DNA of 50,201 nucleotides, taken from the IMG/VR virus record IMGVR_UViG_3300017778_001537, positions 1-50,201 of that record; one strand, 5' to 3'. Source of the stretch: a virus. Taxonomy: Duplodnaviria > Caudoviricetes. The position numbers were made by a program, and so were the translations under genes. Positions 9,971 through 19,838 of this stretch are shown here, one piece after another (the first letter of the stretch is position 1; every line of letters starts with the position of its first letter). Below the pieces are notes generated by a model. The model made no database searches, was not told where the DNA came from, and saw nothing but the letters and a program-made list of their open reading frames with translations.

Positions 9971-10991
9971 GATCAAACAGACTGATGTCTTGTCTGATTC
10001 TAAGTTCTTCAACGACAAGGAGATGACTCCTACTGATGTTCCTATGGTCAACGTAGCGCTGTCAGGATCGATTGATGGAGGTCTTGCGCCTGGATTGACT
10101 GTGCTTGCAGGTCCTTCTAAGCACTTTAAGACATCGTTCGCATTGCTAATCGCTGGAGCATATCTCAAAGCTCATCCCAAAGCTGTAATGCTGTTCTACG
10201 ATTCGGAGTTTGGTTCGCCTCAATCATACTTCCAGCAGTTTGGTATTGACACTTCTCGTGTACTTCACACTCCTATTACCAACGTCGAAGAGTTGAAGTT
10301 TGACATGATTGGCCAGCTCGAGGAGCTGACTCGCGATGATGAAGTGATTATCGTCATTGACTCGATTGGTAACATGGCGTCGAAGAAAGAGATGGAAGAT
10401 GCTCTAAGCGAGAAGTCTGTTGCTGATATGTCACGTGCGAAGGCTTTCAAGGGTCTGTTCCGTATGGCAACTCCATACCTTGCAATGAAGAACATTCCTC
10501 TTATTGCAATCAACCACACGTACAAAGAAATTGGCTTGTTCCCTAAGGACATTGTCAGTGGTGGCACAGGAATCTACTACTCTGCAGACAACATCTGGAT
10601 CTTGGGTCGTCAGCAAGATAAGGTTGGAACAGAGATCAAAGGTTATCACTTCATTATTAATGTGGAAAAATCTCGATATGTTAAAGAAAAGTCAAAGATT
10701 CCTATCTCAGTTAGCTGGGAGGGTGGTGTTCAACGTTGGTCTGGGTTGCTTGAGGTCGCTCTTGCTGGCAAGTATGTTGCTAAACCATCTAACGGTTGGT
10801 ATCAACACGTTAGCCAAGAAACTGGTGAAATGGTTGGAAACAAGTATCGCGAAAAGGACACCTTAACCGAGGAGTTCTGGAAGCCAATCTTTACAGGAAC
10901 CGACTTCAAAGAGTTTGTAAAGAAGCAATACACAATTGGCCATGCATCGCTAATTGATATGGATTCTATCGTGGAGGAAGCAGATGACTAA
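9936..10991 (+). CDS. uvsX: UvsX RecA-like recombinase
   Basis: AGPSKHFKT, FYDSEFG, DSIGN. Confidence 0.97.
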   Translation: MSIMDKLKKNSKIKQTDVLSDSKFFNDKEMTPTDVPMVNVALSGSIDGGLAPGLTVLAGPSKHFKTSFALLIAGAYLKAHPKAVMLFYDSEFGSPQSYFQQFGIDTSRVLHTPITNVEELKFDMIGQLEELTRDDEVIIVIDSIGNMASKKEMEDALSEKSVADMSRAKAFKGLFRMATPYLAMKNIPLIAINHTYKEIGLFPKDIVSGGTGIYYSADNIWILGRQQDKVGTEIKGYHFIINVEKSRYVKEKSKIPISVSWEGGVQRWSGLLEVALAGKYVAKPSNGWYQHVSQETGEMVGNKYREKDTLTEEFWKPIFTGTDFKEFVKKQYTIGHASLIDMDSIVEEADD

Positions 10992-11274
10992 GACCCCTGC
11001 TACAGAAAACTGGAAACAGAACGTAGACTATGAACTGATTCCTGGTGAGAACAATCACTGGAAGGTTCGAATCCTTAAAGGCGACCTTATTGAAACTGTG
11101 TTTTATTATGGAAATGTTAACTTTACAGGTGACGACATGATAATTCAGTTTGAGTTTACGCTTGACTATTCACCCGATCCTGAGCTACAATCAGAAGATC
11201 CCCAACTACAATCAGCAGCTAGTGGTATTCTTCACAGTCTTTTAATTGGAATGATAGATGACAATAAACCTTGA
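10984..11274 (+). CDS. gp40-like protein (head vertex assembly chaperone position)
   Basis: synteny uvsX-40-41; sequence support weak. Confidence 0.5.
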   Translation: MTKTPATENWKQNVDYELIPGENNHWKVRILKGDLIETVFYYGNVNFTGDDMIIQFEFTLDYSPDPELQSEDPQLQSAASGILHSLLIGMIDDNKP

Positions 11275-12634
11275 GCAGACCATCCTTCGTAATATCCTGA
11301 CCAATGATCAGTATATGAGAAAGGTTCTGCCATTCGTGCGCCCCGAGTATTTCTCGGGGACGTATAAAGAGATGTTTAAAGAGATCGGGCGGTTTGTTGG
11401 CAAGTACAACAAGCTGCCTACACTCGAATCGTTTAAGATCGAGCTAGATGGTAATGAGCGTATTAATCAAGGCGACTATGCTCATGCGCTTGAGATCCTT
11501 CCAAACATCTTCTCAACTGAACAAATTAATCAACAATGGCTATTAGACGCTACAGAGAAGTGGTGTCAGGATGCGGCGGTACACAATGCAATTATGGAAT
11601 CAATTCAAATTATTGATGGCAAGCACAAAGAGCTTACTAAGAACGCTCTCCCTGATATTCTCCAAAAGGCGCTTGCAGTCTCTTTCGACACAAATATCGG
11701 GCACGACTATATTGAAAACGTTGAACAGCGATATGACTTCTACCATGAACAGGAATCTCGCATTCCGTTTGATCTTGATTACTTCAACAAGATTACAAAG
11801 GGAGGTCTACCTAACAAGACTCTTAACATTGTGCTTGCTGGCACTGGGGTTGGTAAATCTCTGTTTATGTGTCACTGTGCTGCTAATGCTCTGATTCAAG
11901 GTCGCAATGTTCTGTACATCACTATGGAGATGGCAGAAGAGCGTATTGCGGAACGTATCGACGCTAACTTGCTGAACATTCCTCTTGATCAGCTTGAGTA
12001 TCTGCCTAAGCCGATTATGATGACTAAGGTCAACGATATTGCCAACAAGACTAACGGCAAGCTGATCATTAAAGAGTATCCTACTGGTCAAGCTAACTGC
12101 AGCCACTTCCGTGCGCTTCTGAACGAGTTGAAGTTGAAGAAGAGCTTTGTTCCAGAGATTATCTTCATCGACTATCTAAACATCTGTGCAAGTGCTCGTA
12201 TGAAAGGTATGGGAGGGTCGATTAACTCTTATACGTACATTAAAGCAATTGCAGAGGAGATGCGCGGTCTTGCAGTCGAATTCAATCTTCCGATCATGTC
12301 TGCAACGCAGACGACACGTTCTGGTTTTGGTAGCTCGGATCCTGGGCTTGAAGATACATCTGAGTCTTTTGGACTACCCGCTACAGCAGACTTAATGTTT
12401 GCACTTATCTCAAACGACGAGCTCGCTCAACAGGGTCATATCCTTGTTAAGCAATTGAAGAATCGCTACAACGATCCAAACCTGTACAAGCGATTCGTAA
12501 TTAAGGTTGACCGTTCACGTATGAAGCTGGAAGATGCTCCTGATGCAGAAGAGAACCTCGTCCAAGATGGACCTATAATCGACAAAGGTCATACTGCTCA
12601 AGTAACTGACAGATTCAAAGAAATCACATTTTAA
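11258..12634 (+). CDS. gp41: DnaB-like replicative helicase (T4 gp41)
   Basis: AGTGVGKS, TMEMAEE, IFIDYL, SATQTTR, KQLKNRY. Confidence 0.97.
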   Translation: MTINLEQTILRNILTNDQYMRKVLPFVRPEYFSGTYKEMFKEIGRFVGKYNKLPTLESFKIELDGNERINQGDYAHALEILPNIFSTEQINQQWLLDATEKWCQDAAVHNAIMESIQIIDGKHKELTKNALPDILQKALAVSFDTNIGHDYIENVEQRYDFYHEQESRIPFDLDYFNKITKGGLPNKTLNIVLAGTGVGKSLFMCHCAANALIQGRNVLYITMEMAEERIAERIDANLLNIPLDQLEYLPKPIMMTKVNDIANKTNGKLIIKEYPTGQANCSHFRALLNELKLKKSFVPEIIFIDYLNICASARMKGMGGSINSYTYIKAIAEEMRGLAVEFNLPIMSATQTTRSGFGSSDPGLEDTSESFGLPATADLMFALISNDELAQQGHILVKQLKNRYNDPNLYKRFVIKVDRSRMKLEDAPDAEENLVQDGPIIDKGHTAQVTDRFKEITF

Positions 12635-12647
12635 GGAGAACTATATC

Positions 12648-12923
12648 ATGGCTAACAAATCATCTGGCAAGCACTACACCTCTAAGGGTGAACGTGCGTC
12701 TTCTATCAGCACCAAGAACACCGATCCTGGCCAGCGCTTGCTGAACCAGCTCAAGGCTCTGGAAAAGGGTCGTGATGTTATCATCACTCTTCCTCAGAAG
12801 ACAAAGACCCTCAACAAAAAAGGTGAGCCAATGATCAAGATGGTTAAGACCAAGATCGATGGCAAGGCTTGGGTTAAGAAGCGTCAAGGTGGCGACAAGA
12901 AAGAAAAGGCAGATGCAGAATGA
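12648..12923 (+). CDS. hypothetical basic protein
   Basis: TAAGGAG SD, Lys-rich 91 aa. Confidence 0.75.
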   Translation: MANKSSGKHYTSKGERASSISTKNTDPGQRLLNQLKALEKGRDVIITLPQKTKTLNKKGEPMIKMVKTKIDGKAWVKKRQGGDKKEKADAE

Positions 12924-13591
12924 GAGCTTGGCTTGTTGTACAACCACAACCTGCTCCAGAGTTGCTTGAAGAAGGGTTAGAGAATGCGCTTGACCTTATT
13001 GCCTACTGTGCCCGAGTATCTAACCCAGCTAACGAGTTCAACACAGACACAGGTGAAAGACTCATCAGACGGCTTATCGAGTGGAAGCACTGGAGTCCAC
13101 TCGAAATGTGCTCCGCAACGATTGGAGTCGAAACCACTCGAGACATTGCAAGACAGATACTTAGACACCGATCGTTCAGCTTTCAGGAGTTCAGTCAGCG
13201 ATATGCCAATCCTACCGCTCTTGATGATTCCTTTGTTTTAAGAGAAGCTCGCCTACAGGATCCTAAGAATCGTCAGAATTCTGTTGAGACGGATGATGAA
13301 GAGTTGCAGCATCAGTGGGACGCTGCACAACAAGCTGTTATTGATATGGCAAGTAAAGCATATAAGTGGGCAATTGCTAATGGTATTGCAAAAGAGCAAG
13401 CTCGAGCGGTGCTTCCAGAAGGCAACACAATTTCTAAACTTTACATGAACGGCACTCTTCGCTCGTGGATTCACTATATCGAGCTACGTTCTGGTAATGG
13501 AACACAAAAGGAACACATGGAAGTTGCTAGAGCAATTGCTGCAGCTATCTCGGCAATCTTCCCAATGGCAGGAGAATACGTTCATGGGTAA
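12920..13591 (+). CDS. thyX: flavin-dependent thymidylate synthase
   Basis: RHRSFSFQEFSQRY ThyX motif, HWSPLE. Confidence 0.97.
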   Translation: MRAWLVVQPQPAPELLEEGLENALDLIAYCARVSNPANEFNTDTGERLIRRLIEWKHWSPLEMCSATIGVETTRDIARQILRHRSFSFQEFSQRYANPTALDDSFVLREARLQDPKNRQNSVETDDEELQHQWDAAQQAVIDMASKAYKWAIANGIAKEQARAVLPEGNTISKLYMNGTLRSWIHYIELRSGNGTQKEHMEVARAIAAAISAIFPMAGEYVHG

Positions 13592-13796
13592 GAAAATTTC
13601 TACATATTATCCCAATGTAGGCAAGGGTTGGGCTGAAATCCATATTGACGCCAAGGAAGAATTGTTGTATATTAAGTACTTCAATGAGGGAGGAGCATCC
13701 TTCTTCACTGAGGAATTTCCCAATAAGTCTATGCAGTATGTTCAAGATGCTGCGGAGAATTGGGCATTGGGTATTAAGAAATTGGAGATTAAATAA
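13584..13796 (+). CDS. hypothetical protein
   Basis: GGAG SD, coupled to both neighbours. Confidence 0.7.
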   Translation: MGKKISTYYPNVGKGWAEIHIDAKEELLYIKYFNEGGASFFTEEFPNKSMQYVQDAAENWALGIKKLEIK

Positions 13797-14251
13797 TGGC
13801 ATACTATTCAACTAAGACGTACGGACATAACATTGGGTTGAGCGCGTGCTTCCGTCAGCCTCACGCTGATCATTCACATTGTCGGTTCCTACATGGATAC
13901 AGCTTGCAGTTCAAATTTACGTTTGGGTGCGATGAGCTGGACAACAAGAATTGGGTTGTTGACTTTGGTGGCTTGAAGCCTCTCAAGGCGTGGCTAGAAG
14001 AGACGTTCGACCACAAGGTTGTGTTGGATGCAAAAGATCCTCATATCGACGACTTTAAGATCCTTGAGAGCAAAGGTCTTGCACAGCTAACCATTCTTGA
14101 TGGTGTTGGTGTTGAGAAGTTTGCTTTCCACGCATACAAATATGCTAATGAGCTTGTTAGTCTAATGACTGGTGGACGTTGCTGGGTTGAGAGTGTAGAA
14201 TGTGCAGAGCATGGTGCTAACTCTGCAATCTATGAAGGAAATGATCAGTGA
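13796..14251 (+). CDS. queD: 6-carboxy-5,6,7,8-tetrahydropterin synthase
   Basis: C...HGY, VVDFG.LK, FDH motifs (T-fold). Confidence 0.9.
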   Translation: MAYYSTKTYGHNIGLSACFRQPHADHSHCRFLHGYSLQFKFTFGCDELDNKNWVVDFGGLKPLKAWLEETFDHKVVLDAKDPHIDDFKILESKGLAQLTILDGVGVEKFAFHAYKYANELVSLMTGGRCWVESVECAEHGANSAIYEGNDQ

Positions 14252-15189
14252 GTGATAAAGAATACGTTTACAGCGAGATCTTCTATAGCATTCAGGGGGA
14301 AGGACACTATACTGGTGTCCCAACCGCTTGGATCCGATTCTATCTGTGCAATCTACAATGTGATGGATTTGGTCAGAAGCATCCGACTAAGCCTGAGACT
14401 TATGAGCTACCATATGAAGACTTTGATGCTCACTCAGTAACTCGTGTTGAGGATCTTCCAGTATGGTCTAAAGGATGTGATAGCTCGTATACGTGGTCGA
14501 AGAAGTTTCGTCACTTGATGGCTAAGGAGAGTGGTGCTGTGATTGCTCAGAAGGTAATCGACAGCATGAAGAACGAATACAATCCAGAGGGTTGGTTCCG
14601 TCATCCTAAGAGTAAGCAACATCAGCACTTCTGTATTACTGGTGGTGAGCCTCTGATGCCTCATGCACAGCAAGGTTTCATTGATATCTACAGAGCTATG
14701 CGTGATATGCCTGGTGGACCTATTCCAGAGACAAAGTTCAATGCATCGTCGAACCTTCCTGCATCTGTTACATGGGAAACCAATGGCACTCAGAAGCTAA
14801 CTCAACAGTTCAAAGATCTTGTTGGATCGCCTCTGTTTATGCCAGAAGCATTCTTCTCTGTCTCACCTAAGCTGTGGACTGTTGCTGGTGAGAAGCGTGA
14901 GAAGGCTATCCGTCCCGATGTTGTTGCTGAATACTATCAGCTATCCAACGAAGGTCAATTGAAGTTTGTTGTTGGACAGACTCAACAAGAGTGGGATGAG
15001 CTTGATGAAGTGATCGAGCTGTTCCGTGATGCTGGTGTTGATTATCCTGTTTGGGTGATGCCAACCGGTGCCAGAGAAGAAGAACAGCAAGCAACTGCTG
15101 GCGATGTGGCTCGTATGGCTTTCCAGCGTGGATACAATGTCTCTGGACGTATGCACGTCTATCTGTTTGGCAATGCAATCGGAACGTAA
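14248..15189 (+). CDS. queE: 7-carboxy-7-deazaguanine synthase (radical SAM)
   Basis: EIFYSIQGEG, CNLQC...CDS, ITGGEP, ETNGT, SVSPK. Confidence 0.93.
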   Translation: MSDKEYVYSEIFYSIQGEGHYTGVPTAWIRFYLCNLQCDGFGQKHPTKPETYELPYEDFDAHSVTRVEDLPVWSKGCDSSYTWSKKFRHLMAKESGAVIAQKVIDSMKNEYNPEGWFRHPKSKQHQHFCITGGEPLMPHAQQGFIDIYRAMRDMPGGPIPETKFNASSNLPASVTWETNGTQKLTQQFKDLVGSPLFMPEAFFSVSPKLWTVAGEKREKAIRPDVVAEYYQLSNEGQLKFVVGQTQQEWDELDEVIELFRDAGVDYPVWVMPTGAREEEQQATAGDVARMAFQRGYNVSGRMHVYLFGNAIGT

Positions 15190-15191
15190 CA

Positions 15192-15500
15192 ATGACACCG
15201 GAGCTTAGAGAACGGCTTCATAAACACGTGCAGGAGGCGGCCAAACAGTGTGAGGGCCGCCTTCCCGCCCATCCCAGCCATCCATACGGTAGGATTCCAG
15301 TTGCACACATCTACGATGTTATCCAAGGAATAATGGAAAAGCCTGCACGTGAGTGTAGAGATTCCCGCTATGACGAAATCCTTGAGATTGTTAAGTTTTG
15401 TGTTGACCATGCTGAGGATATGTCTATAATTAGGCAAATCAAACATTTGTATGAACCTGAGCCAAAGGTTCAACCATCATCTCTAGAAGATTTTATGTAA
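15192..15500 (+). CDS. hypothetical protein with C-terminal SLEDFM (clamp-binding-like) tail
   Basis: ORF between queE and folE; tail resembles gp43 SLEEFF. Confidence 0.7.
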   Translation: MTPELRERLHKHVQEAAKQCEGRLPAHPSHPYGRIPVAHIYDVIQGIMEKPARECRDSRYDEILEIVKFCVDHAEDMSIIRQIKHLYEPEPKVQPSSLEDFM

Positions 15501-15510
15501 AGGATATGTA

Positions 15511-16203
15511 ATGGCTATTTCTGAAATTATCAAAGGTCGCTTGAAGAACAACAATGTTCGCTACTGGGCTAATGACAACATCTCTAGCTTCATCAACGAT
15601 GGTGAGCATGGTATGCTTATCGATGAGCTTACTGAGAAGTTTGAAGGTGTTCTTGATTCGTTGCTGATCGATCGTGAGACCGATCCTAACTCCCATGGGA
15701 CCGCTCGTCGTCTCGCTAAGATGTATATCAATGAGACGTTATCAGGGCGATACACTCAACCTCCGGCGGTTACAGCGTTCCCTAATGATGACGCTGATAC
15801 ACGATACGGCGGGATGATTGTTGTACGTTCTGAGATCCTTTCTATGTGTTCTCACCACCACCAGCCTGTTAAAGGTGTTGCATACATTGGGTTGGTTCCT
15901 AGTGTTAAGGTGATTGGTCTGTCGAAGTACACCCGTATTGCACAGCACTGTGCTCGTCGTGGGACGTTGCAAGAAGAGCTGACTCAGGACATCTGTAATG
16001 AGATTTGCAAGGCTACTGGTTCTAAGGATGTTGCTGTCTACATTCAAGCTACTCACGGCTGCTGTGAGAATCGTGGAATCATGGCACATAGCTCGTTGAC
16101 TCAGACTTGTGAGCTTCGTGGCCAGTTCTTCAACCCATCTGTCAAGAATGAGTTCTTGGACTACATTAAGATGCAGCAACAATTTGCTGGCAATCGAACT
16201 TAA
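15511..16203 (+). CDS. folE: GTP cyclohydrolase I
   Basis: SMCSHH, GLSK, LQEELT, HGCCENRG. Confidence 0.96.
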   Translation: MAISEIIKGRLKNNNVRYWANDNISSFINDGEHGMLIDELTEKFEGVLDSLLIDRETDPNSHGTARRLAKMYINETLSGRYTQPPAVTAFPNDDADTRYGGMIVVRSEILSMCSHHHQPVKGVAYIGLVPSVKVIGLSKYTRIAQHCARRGTLQEELTQDICNEICKATGSKDVAVYIQATHGCCENRGIMAHSSLTQTCELRGQFFNPSVKNEFLDYIKMQQQFAGNRT

Positions 16204-16261
16204 CTGTTGACTTATCATATCTGTTGCTGTAGGGTTAATTCCTACAGCAAAGGGATGCATC

Positions 16262-16726
16262 ATGGAAAAGATTACCTACACCAAAGCTCACCGTGAAGTT
16301 ATTGAAGCAATCAACAAGGATAAGTGGCACCAATCCCGTATCGATGTCAACTATCCCTCAGAAGATACCCTTTCTAAAATCAACGATGTCTTTGTATCTC
16401 GCAAAACTTTTAAAAAGTGGGACATTAATAACATTGTCCGTGTCAGCGTAAAACCTAATAAAAAGTATAAAGTTAAAAGCAGCTTTGCCACTTGTTTTGA
16501 GCTTATCAAAATCGAAGAAGGTAAAGTTCTCGCAACAGGTTTTGTCGGTGGAACATACCAACGCGATTTCTGGATCGATCGTGAAGATATCAAAGATATC
16601 TGGTTGCTAGATAAAGATGCTGACAAACTTCTTTCTACACTTAAAAATGTAAAAGTTCGTGATCATATGTCTGACATCCTTGTTAAATCAGGACATTCGA
16701 AGATTTCATATGAACCACAAGAATAA
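16262..16726 (+). CDS. hypothetical protein
   Basis: 154 aa ORF after a TTGACT promoter at 16207. Confidence 0.7.
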   Translation: MEKITYTKAHREVIEAINKDKWHQSRIDVNYPSEDTLSKINDVFVSRKTFKKWDINNIVRVSVKPNKKYKVKSSFATCFELIKIEEGKVLATGFVGGTYQRDFWIDREDIKDIWLLDKDADKLLSTLKNVKVRDHMSDILVKSGHSKISYEPQE

Positions 16727-16787
16727 CTGTTGACTTTAAAGCAAGCCCCACCGATACTGGTGGGGTTAACCTTTTTGGAGAGCTACC

Positions 16788-17006
16788 ATGAAAAACGCTA
16801 AGATCAAAGAACAACAACAACTGGAATTCTTCTCGGCAGCAACAACTATGTCTCGTGATGAGCTTGTTGCATATTGCACCAAGATGATTTTGGAAGCTCG
16901 TGCTCCTAATCATACGATGATTAACCAGTTGAAAACTTTGACCAAAGATCGTATCATTCTCGCAATGAATAACTTCATTATGAAAGGTCATGGCTATGGC
17001 GTCTAA
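16788..17006 (+). CDS. hypothetical protein
   Basis: GGAG SD, TTGACT promoter at 16730. Confidence 0.7.
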   Translation: MKNAKIKEQQQLEFFSAATTMSRDELVAYCTKMILEARAPNHTMINQLKTLTKDRIILAMNNFIMKGHGYGV

Positions 17007-17361
17007 TTTTGAGCAGTTTGAGCAAAAGTATCTTGTAAAAAACTTTGTTGATAAATGGGGAAAGCCTAAGCACACTCGTCTTGTAAAAGACTTGTTCTAC
17101 CGTTATAATAATGATTTAAAACAAAAATACGGGTTTGATCTTTCAGTGTGTAGTAAATGTAAATGTACATCTCACGATGGCCAGCCATTAATGATGGAGC
17201 TCGAGCACATTAATCGTATCACCAACGATTCTCGTATTGAAAATCTTAGATCACTCTGCCCTAATTGTCATTCTCAAACAAATGGTTATAAAAATCGTAT
17301 GTCGACAATTGAAGAATACTGGGGTATAGTTTGGGGTAAAGTTTGGGAAGGTGAAAAATGA
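16990..17361 (+). CDS. HNH endonuclease
   Basis: CSKC...ELEHIN.....SRIENLRSLCPNCH. Confidence 0.85.
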   Translation: MAMASNFEQFEQKYLVKNFVDKWGKPKHTRLVKDLFYRYNNDLKQKYGFDLSVCSKCKCTSHDGQPLMMELEHINRITNDSRIENLRSLCPNCHSQTNGYKNRMSTIEEYWGIVWGKVWEGEK

Positions 17362-17792
17362 CTAGATTGACAGAAGACTGGACTGACACTCTTGACGAGG
17401 CGTTTGGTGATAAAGGCACTAAAGGTCGTGTTGGTGAAGAGTTCCTTGCTAAGATGTTTGATTCATGGGGTTGGGAATGGCGTCGTAACAAATCTGATCG
17501 AAAGGCTCAATTGGAAGGTCGTGATATTGAGTTCAAAGCTCCTCAATGGTCTAGGTTCATTTCGGGCGATGTAAAGAATAACATGAATCAATATGGAACA
17601 TTTGAGATCCATAGAGATTGGTTATTCAAAGTAAAGTGTGATCGCATCTTCCATGTCAACCCTGAAACTGGTTGGGTTGTGTGGTATGGTGTTGAAAATA
17701 TGCGTAGATACTATGATAATAGTAAAGAGAAAATGGTAATTACGACTAAAGATCGCTTGGCGATTATGTCGGCTCGAAAGGTAAACGTATGA
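17358..17792 (+). CDS. PD-(D/E)XK-like nuclease, putative
   Basis: G..GE helix, D.E...DVK motif. Confidence 0.5.
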   Translation: MTRLTEDWTDTLDEAFGDKGTKGRVGEEFLAKMFDSWGWEWRRNKSDRKAQLEGRDIEFKAPQWSRFISGDVKNNMNQYGTFEIHRDWLFKVKCDRIFHVNPETGWVVWYGVENMRRYYDNSKEKMVITTKDRLAIMSARKVNV

Positions 17793-18175
17793 TTAAGAAA
17801 ACAAACAAAATTTGGGTGAAGTTCAGCAAAGAGGGGATTCATAAGTATCCTGCAGCTTTGACTGATCCAGCTCTTGCTGATGTTAGCTTCCTAGGCTATC
17901 CACATCGTCACATCTTCCACTTCAAGGTCGCTATTGCAGTGTTCCATGATGATCGTGACATTGAGTTCATTCTGTTCAAGCGTTGGCTTGAGTCGTTGTA
18001 CTTTGCATCATGGGATGGAGATGCAACCTTGCAGTTGGACTATAAATCTTGTGAAATGATCTCAGATGAGCTTGCCGAGAAGATCAACACTGCGTACCCT
18101 GGTCGGGACATCACTATCGAGGTGTCAGAAGATGGTGAGAATGGTTCTTATGCTGAATATGTTGACTCAAAGTAA
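17789..18175 (+). CDS. dpdL: QueD-like T-fold protein, putative 7-carboxy-7-deazaguanine decarboxylase (DpdL-like)
   Basis: LGYPHRHIF fits the LxxxHRHxF signature recalled for DpdL; DRDIEF, SCE, VSEDGENG; located in the que cluster. Confidence 0.72.
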   Translation: MIKKTNKIWVKFSKEGIHKYPAALTDPALADVSFLGYPHRHIFHFKVAIAVFHDDRDIEFILFKRWLESLYFASWDGDATLQLDYKSCEMISDELAEKINTAYPGRDITIEVSEDGENGSYAEYVDSK

Positions 18176-18182
18176 GTTTTGG

Positions 18183-18190
18183 TATAAATA
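18183..18190 (+). promoter_or_regulatory. T4-type late promoter
   Basis: TATAAATA. Confidence 0.75.
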
Positions 18191-18221
18191 AGGTAAAGCA
18201 AACCTTACAAGGATGGGATCC

Positions 18222-18635
18222 ATGAAGACTTTCAAAGAACTAAGTGAAGAGATCGGTGGCACCGCTGCTGCTAAGGATAAGATGAAAAGCAAGAAGGCTG
18301 GTGACACACTTTCCTTTACCCACCACAAGCACGGCGAATTGTCTGGTGAATACCGTGGCATGAAGCGTATGGGTGGTCGTTCTTACGCTCACATTGAAGT
18401 CAAGAAGCATGGCGCTTTCTACGTCCCTCCACATCAAGTTAACGAAGAAGTCAGTGCTACCGACAAAATGAAAAATGTAAAAAAGGGCGACACGCTATCT
18501 TTTACACACCATGAACATGGTAAATTGTCTGGTGAGTATAAAGGTATGAAACGTATGGGCGGTCGCTCTTATGCTCACGTAGAAGTAGCAAAGCATGGTG
18601 CTGTTTACGTCCCTCCACACCAGATTAATCACTAA
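18222..18635 (+). CDS. tandem two-domain protein, putative internal head protein
   Basis: MKTFKELSEE N-terminus; two near-identical ~55-aa repeats (GDTLSFTHH.HG.LSGEY.GMKRMGGRSYAH.EV.KHGA.YVPPHQ); late promoter upstream. Confidence 0.8.
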   Translation: MKTFKELSEEIGGTAAAKDKMKSKKAGDTLSFTHHKHGELSGEYRGMKRMGGRSYAHIEVKKHGAFYVPPHQVNEEVSATDKMKNVKKGDTLSFTHHEHGKLSGEYKGMKRMGGRSYAHVEVAKHGAVYVPPHQINH

Positions 18636-18640
18636 TCTGG

Positions 18641-18669
18641 TTGACTAACTATTTGATTTGACTTATAAT
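18641..18669 (+). promoter_or_regulatory. sigma70-like promoter upstream of the dpdA-like gene
   Basis: TTGACT-N17-TATAAT. Confidence 0.75.
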
Positions 18670-18715
18670 TATAGGCAGAGTAACATCTGCCTATTCCTTT
18701 AACTATGGAGACATA

Positions 18716-19570
18716 ATGACTGAATTTTGTCATATTACACCGACCCCCTACCTCGATCTGTTTGCAGCAGGTAGGTCTCACCACTTGGTTCTAGCTCACT
18801 TAATCGAGGAAGATGAGCAATATGCTAAGTGGTATGCAAATATGCCTCGAGACGAAAACACAATTATGATTATGGATAACTCTGCTTTCGAGATGTACAA
18901 GCAGGGTAAACCTATGTACGAGTCTAGCAAGCTGATGGAAATGGCTAACCGAGTTCGTGCTGATTATATTGTAATGTCTGACTATCCTGGCGAGCCTGCA
19001 CGTAAGACTATCGAAGCAGCTTTGCAAATGGGTCCTCACCTCAAAGCATATGGCTTTGGGACATTCTTCGTTCCTCAAGCAGAAGTTGGTAACATTCAAG
19101 GTGTGCTTGAGTCATTCGAGTGGGCTGCTGAGGCTGAGGAGGTTGACTACATTGGTGTGTCGATCCTTACTGCACCCAATATGTTTGGGGTTGAAAAGGG
19201 TAACAACCTACAGCGGTTCTTGTCTCGCTGGAAGCTGATGCAGTTGCTTGAGCAGCGTGGCATTCTTGAGAAGATCCAAGAGAATGGAAAGAAGATTCAC
19301 TTCCTTGGAATGGTCGACGGACCTAACGAGATTGCTCTCGTCTCTCGTTGGCTAAACTACATTGACACATGGGATAGCTCTGCTGCTGTATGGGCTGCGA
19401 TGTGTGGTATTGAGTTTGACAGCTCACCTACTGGCCTGATCAAGGGTAAGAACGAGATCGAAGTTGACTTTGGTCATAATTCTGCTACACTTGCACAGAT
19501 TGCATCTGCAATGAAGAATATCCGTTACATCGATGAACAATTGGATTGGCCATATGGAAAATATCTCTAA
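18716..19570 (+). CDS. dpdA: TGT-fold DNA guanine transglycosylase (DpdA-like, possibly DpdA3)
   Basis: MDNSAFE, IVMSD, IHFLG, DTWDSS resemble TGT/DpdA catalytic motifs; que-cluster context. Subfamily uncertain. Confidence 0.7.
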   Translation: MTEFCHITPTPYLDLFAAGRSHHLVLAHLIEEDEQYAKWYANMPRDENTIMIMDNSAFEMYKQGKPMYESSKLMEMANRVRADYIVMSDYPGEPARKTIEAALQMGPHLKAYGFGTFFVPQAEVGNIQGVLESFEWAAEAEEVDYIGVSILTAPNMFGVEKGNNLQRFLSRWKLMQLLEQRGILEKIQENGKKIHFLGMVDGPNEIALVSRWLNYIDTWDSSAAVWAAMCGIEFDSSPTGLIKGKNEIEVDFGHNSATLAQIASAMKNIRYIDEQLDWPYGKYL

Positions 19571-19838
19571 GTACAAGTACCACGAGGACGAGATCCTCCA
19601 AGAGTTGGCAAAGTATATCGAGTCAACTTATGATGAGCACTATGCCACCGACAAGCTGCAAACTATTGACGTCTGGGAGGCTCTTGGTATTGAGAAGGAG
19701 TCCTGCCAGTCCAACGTTATTAAATACGCTATGCGTTATGGTAAGAAAGGTGGATATAATAAGAAAGATCTTATGAAGATCCTCCACTACACCATTCTGT
19801 GGTGGCACTATACACAATATGAGGAAAATGATAAATGA
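19554..19838 (+). CDS. DUF3310-like protein
   Basis: HY...QTID...NVIKYAMRYGKK....DLMK..HY. Confidence 0.75.
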   Translation: MENISKYKYHEDEILQELAKYIESTYDEHYATDKLQTIDVWEALGIEKESCQSNVIKYAMRYGKKGGYNKKDLMKILHYTILWWHYTQYEENDK

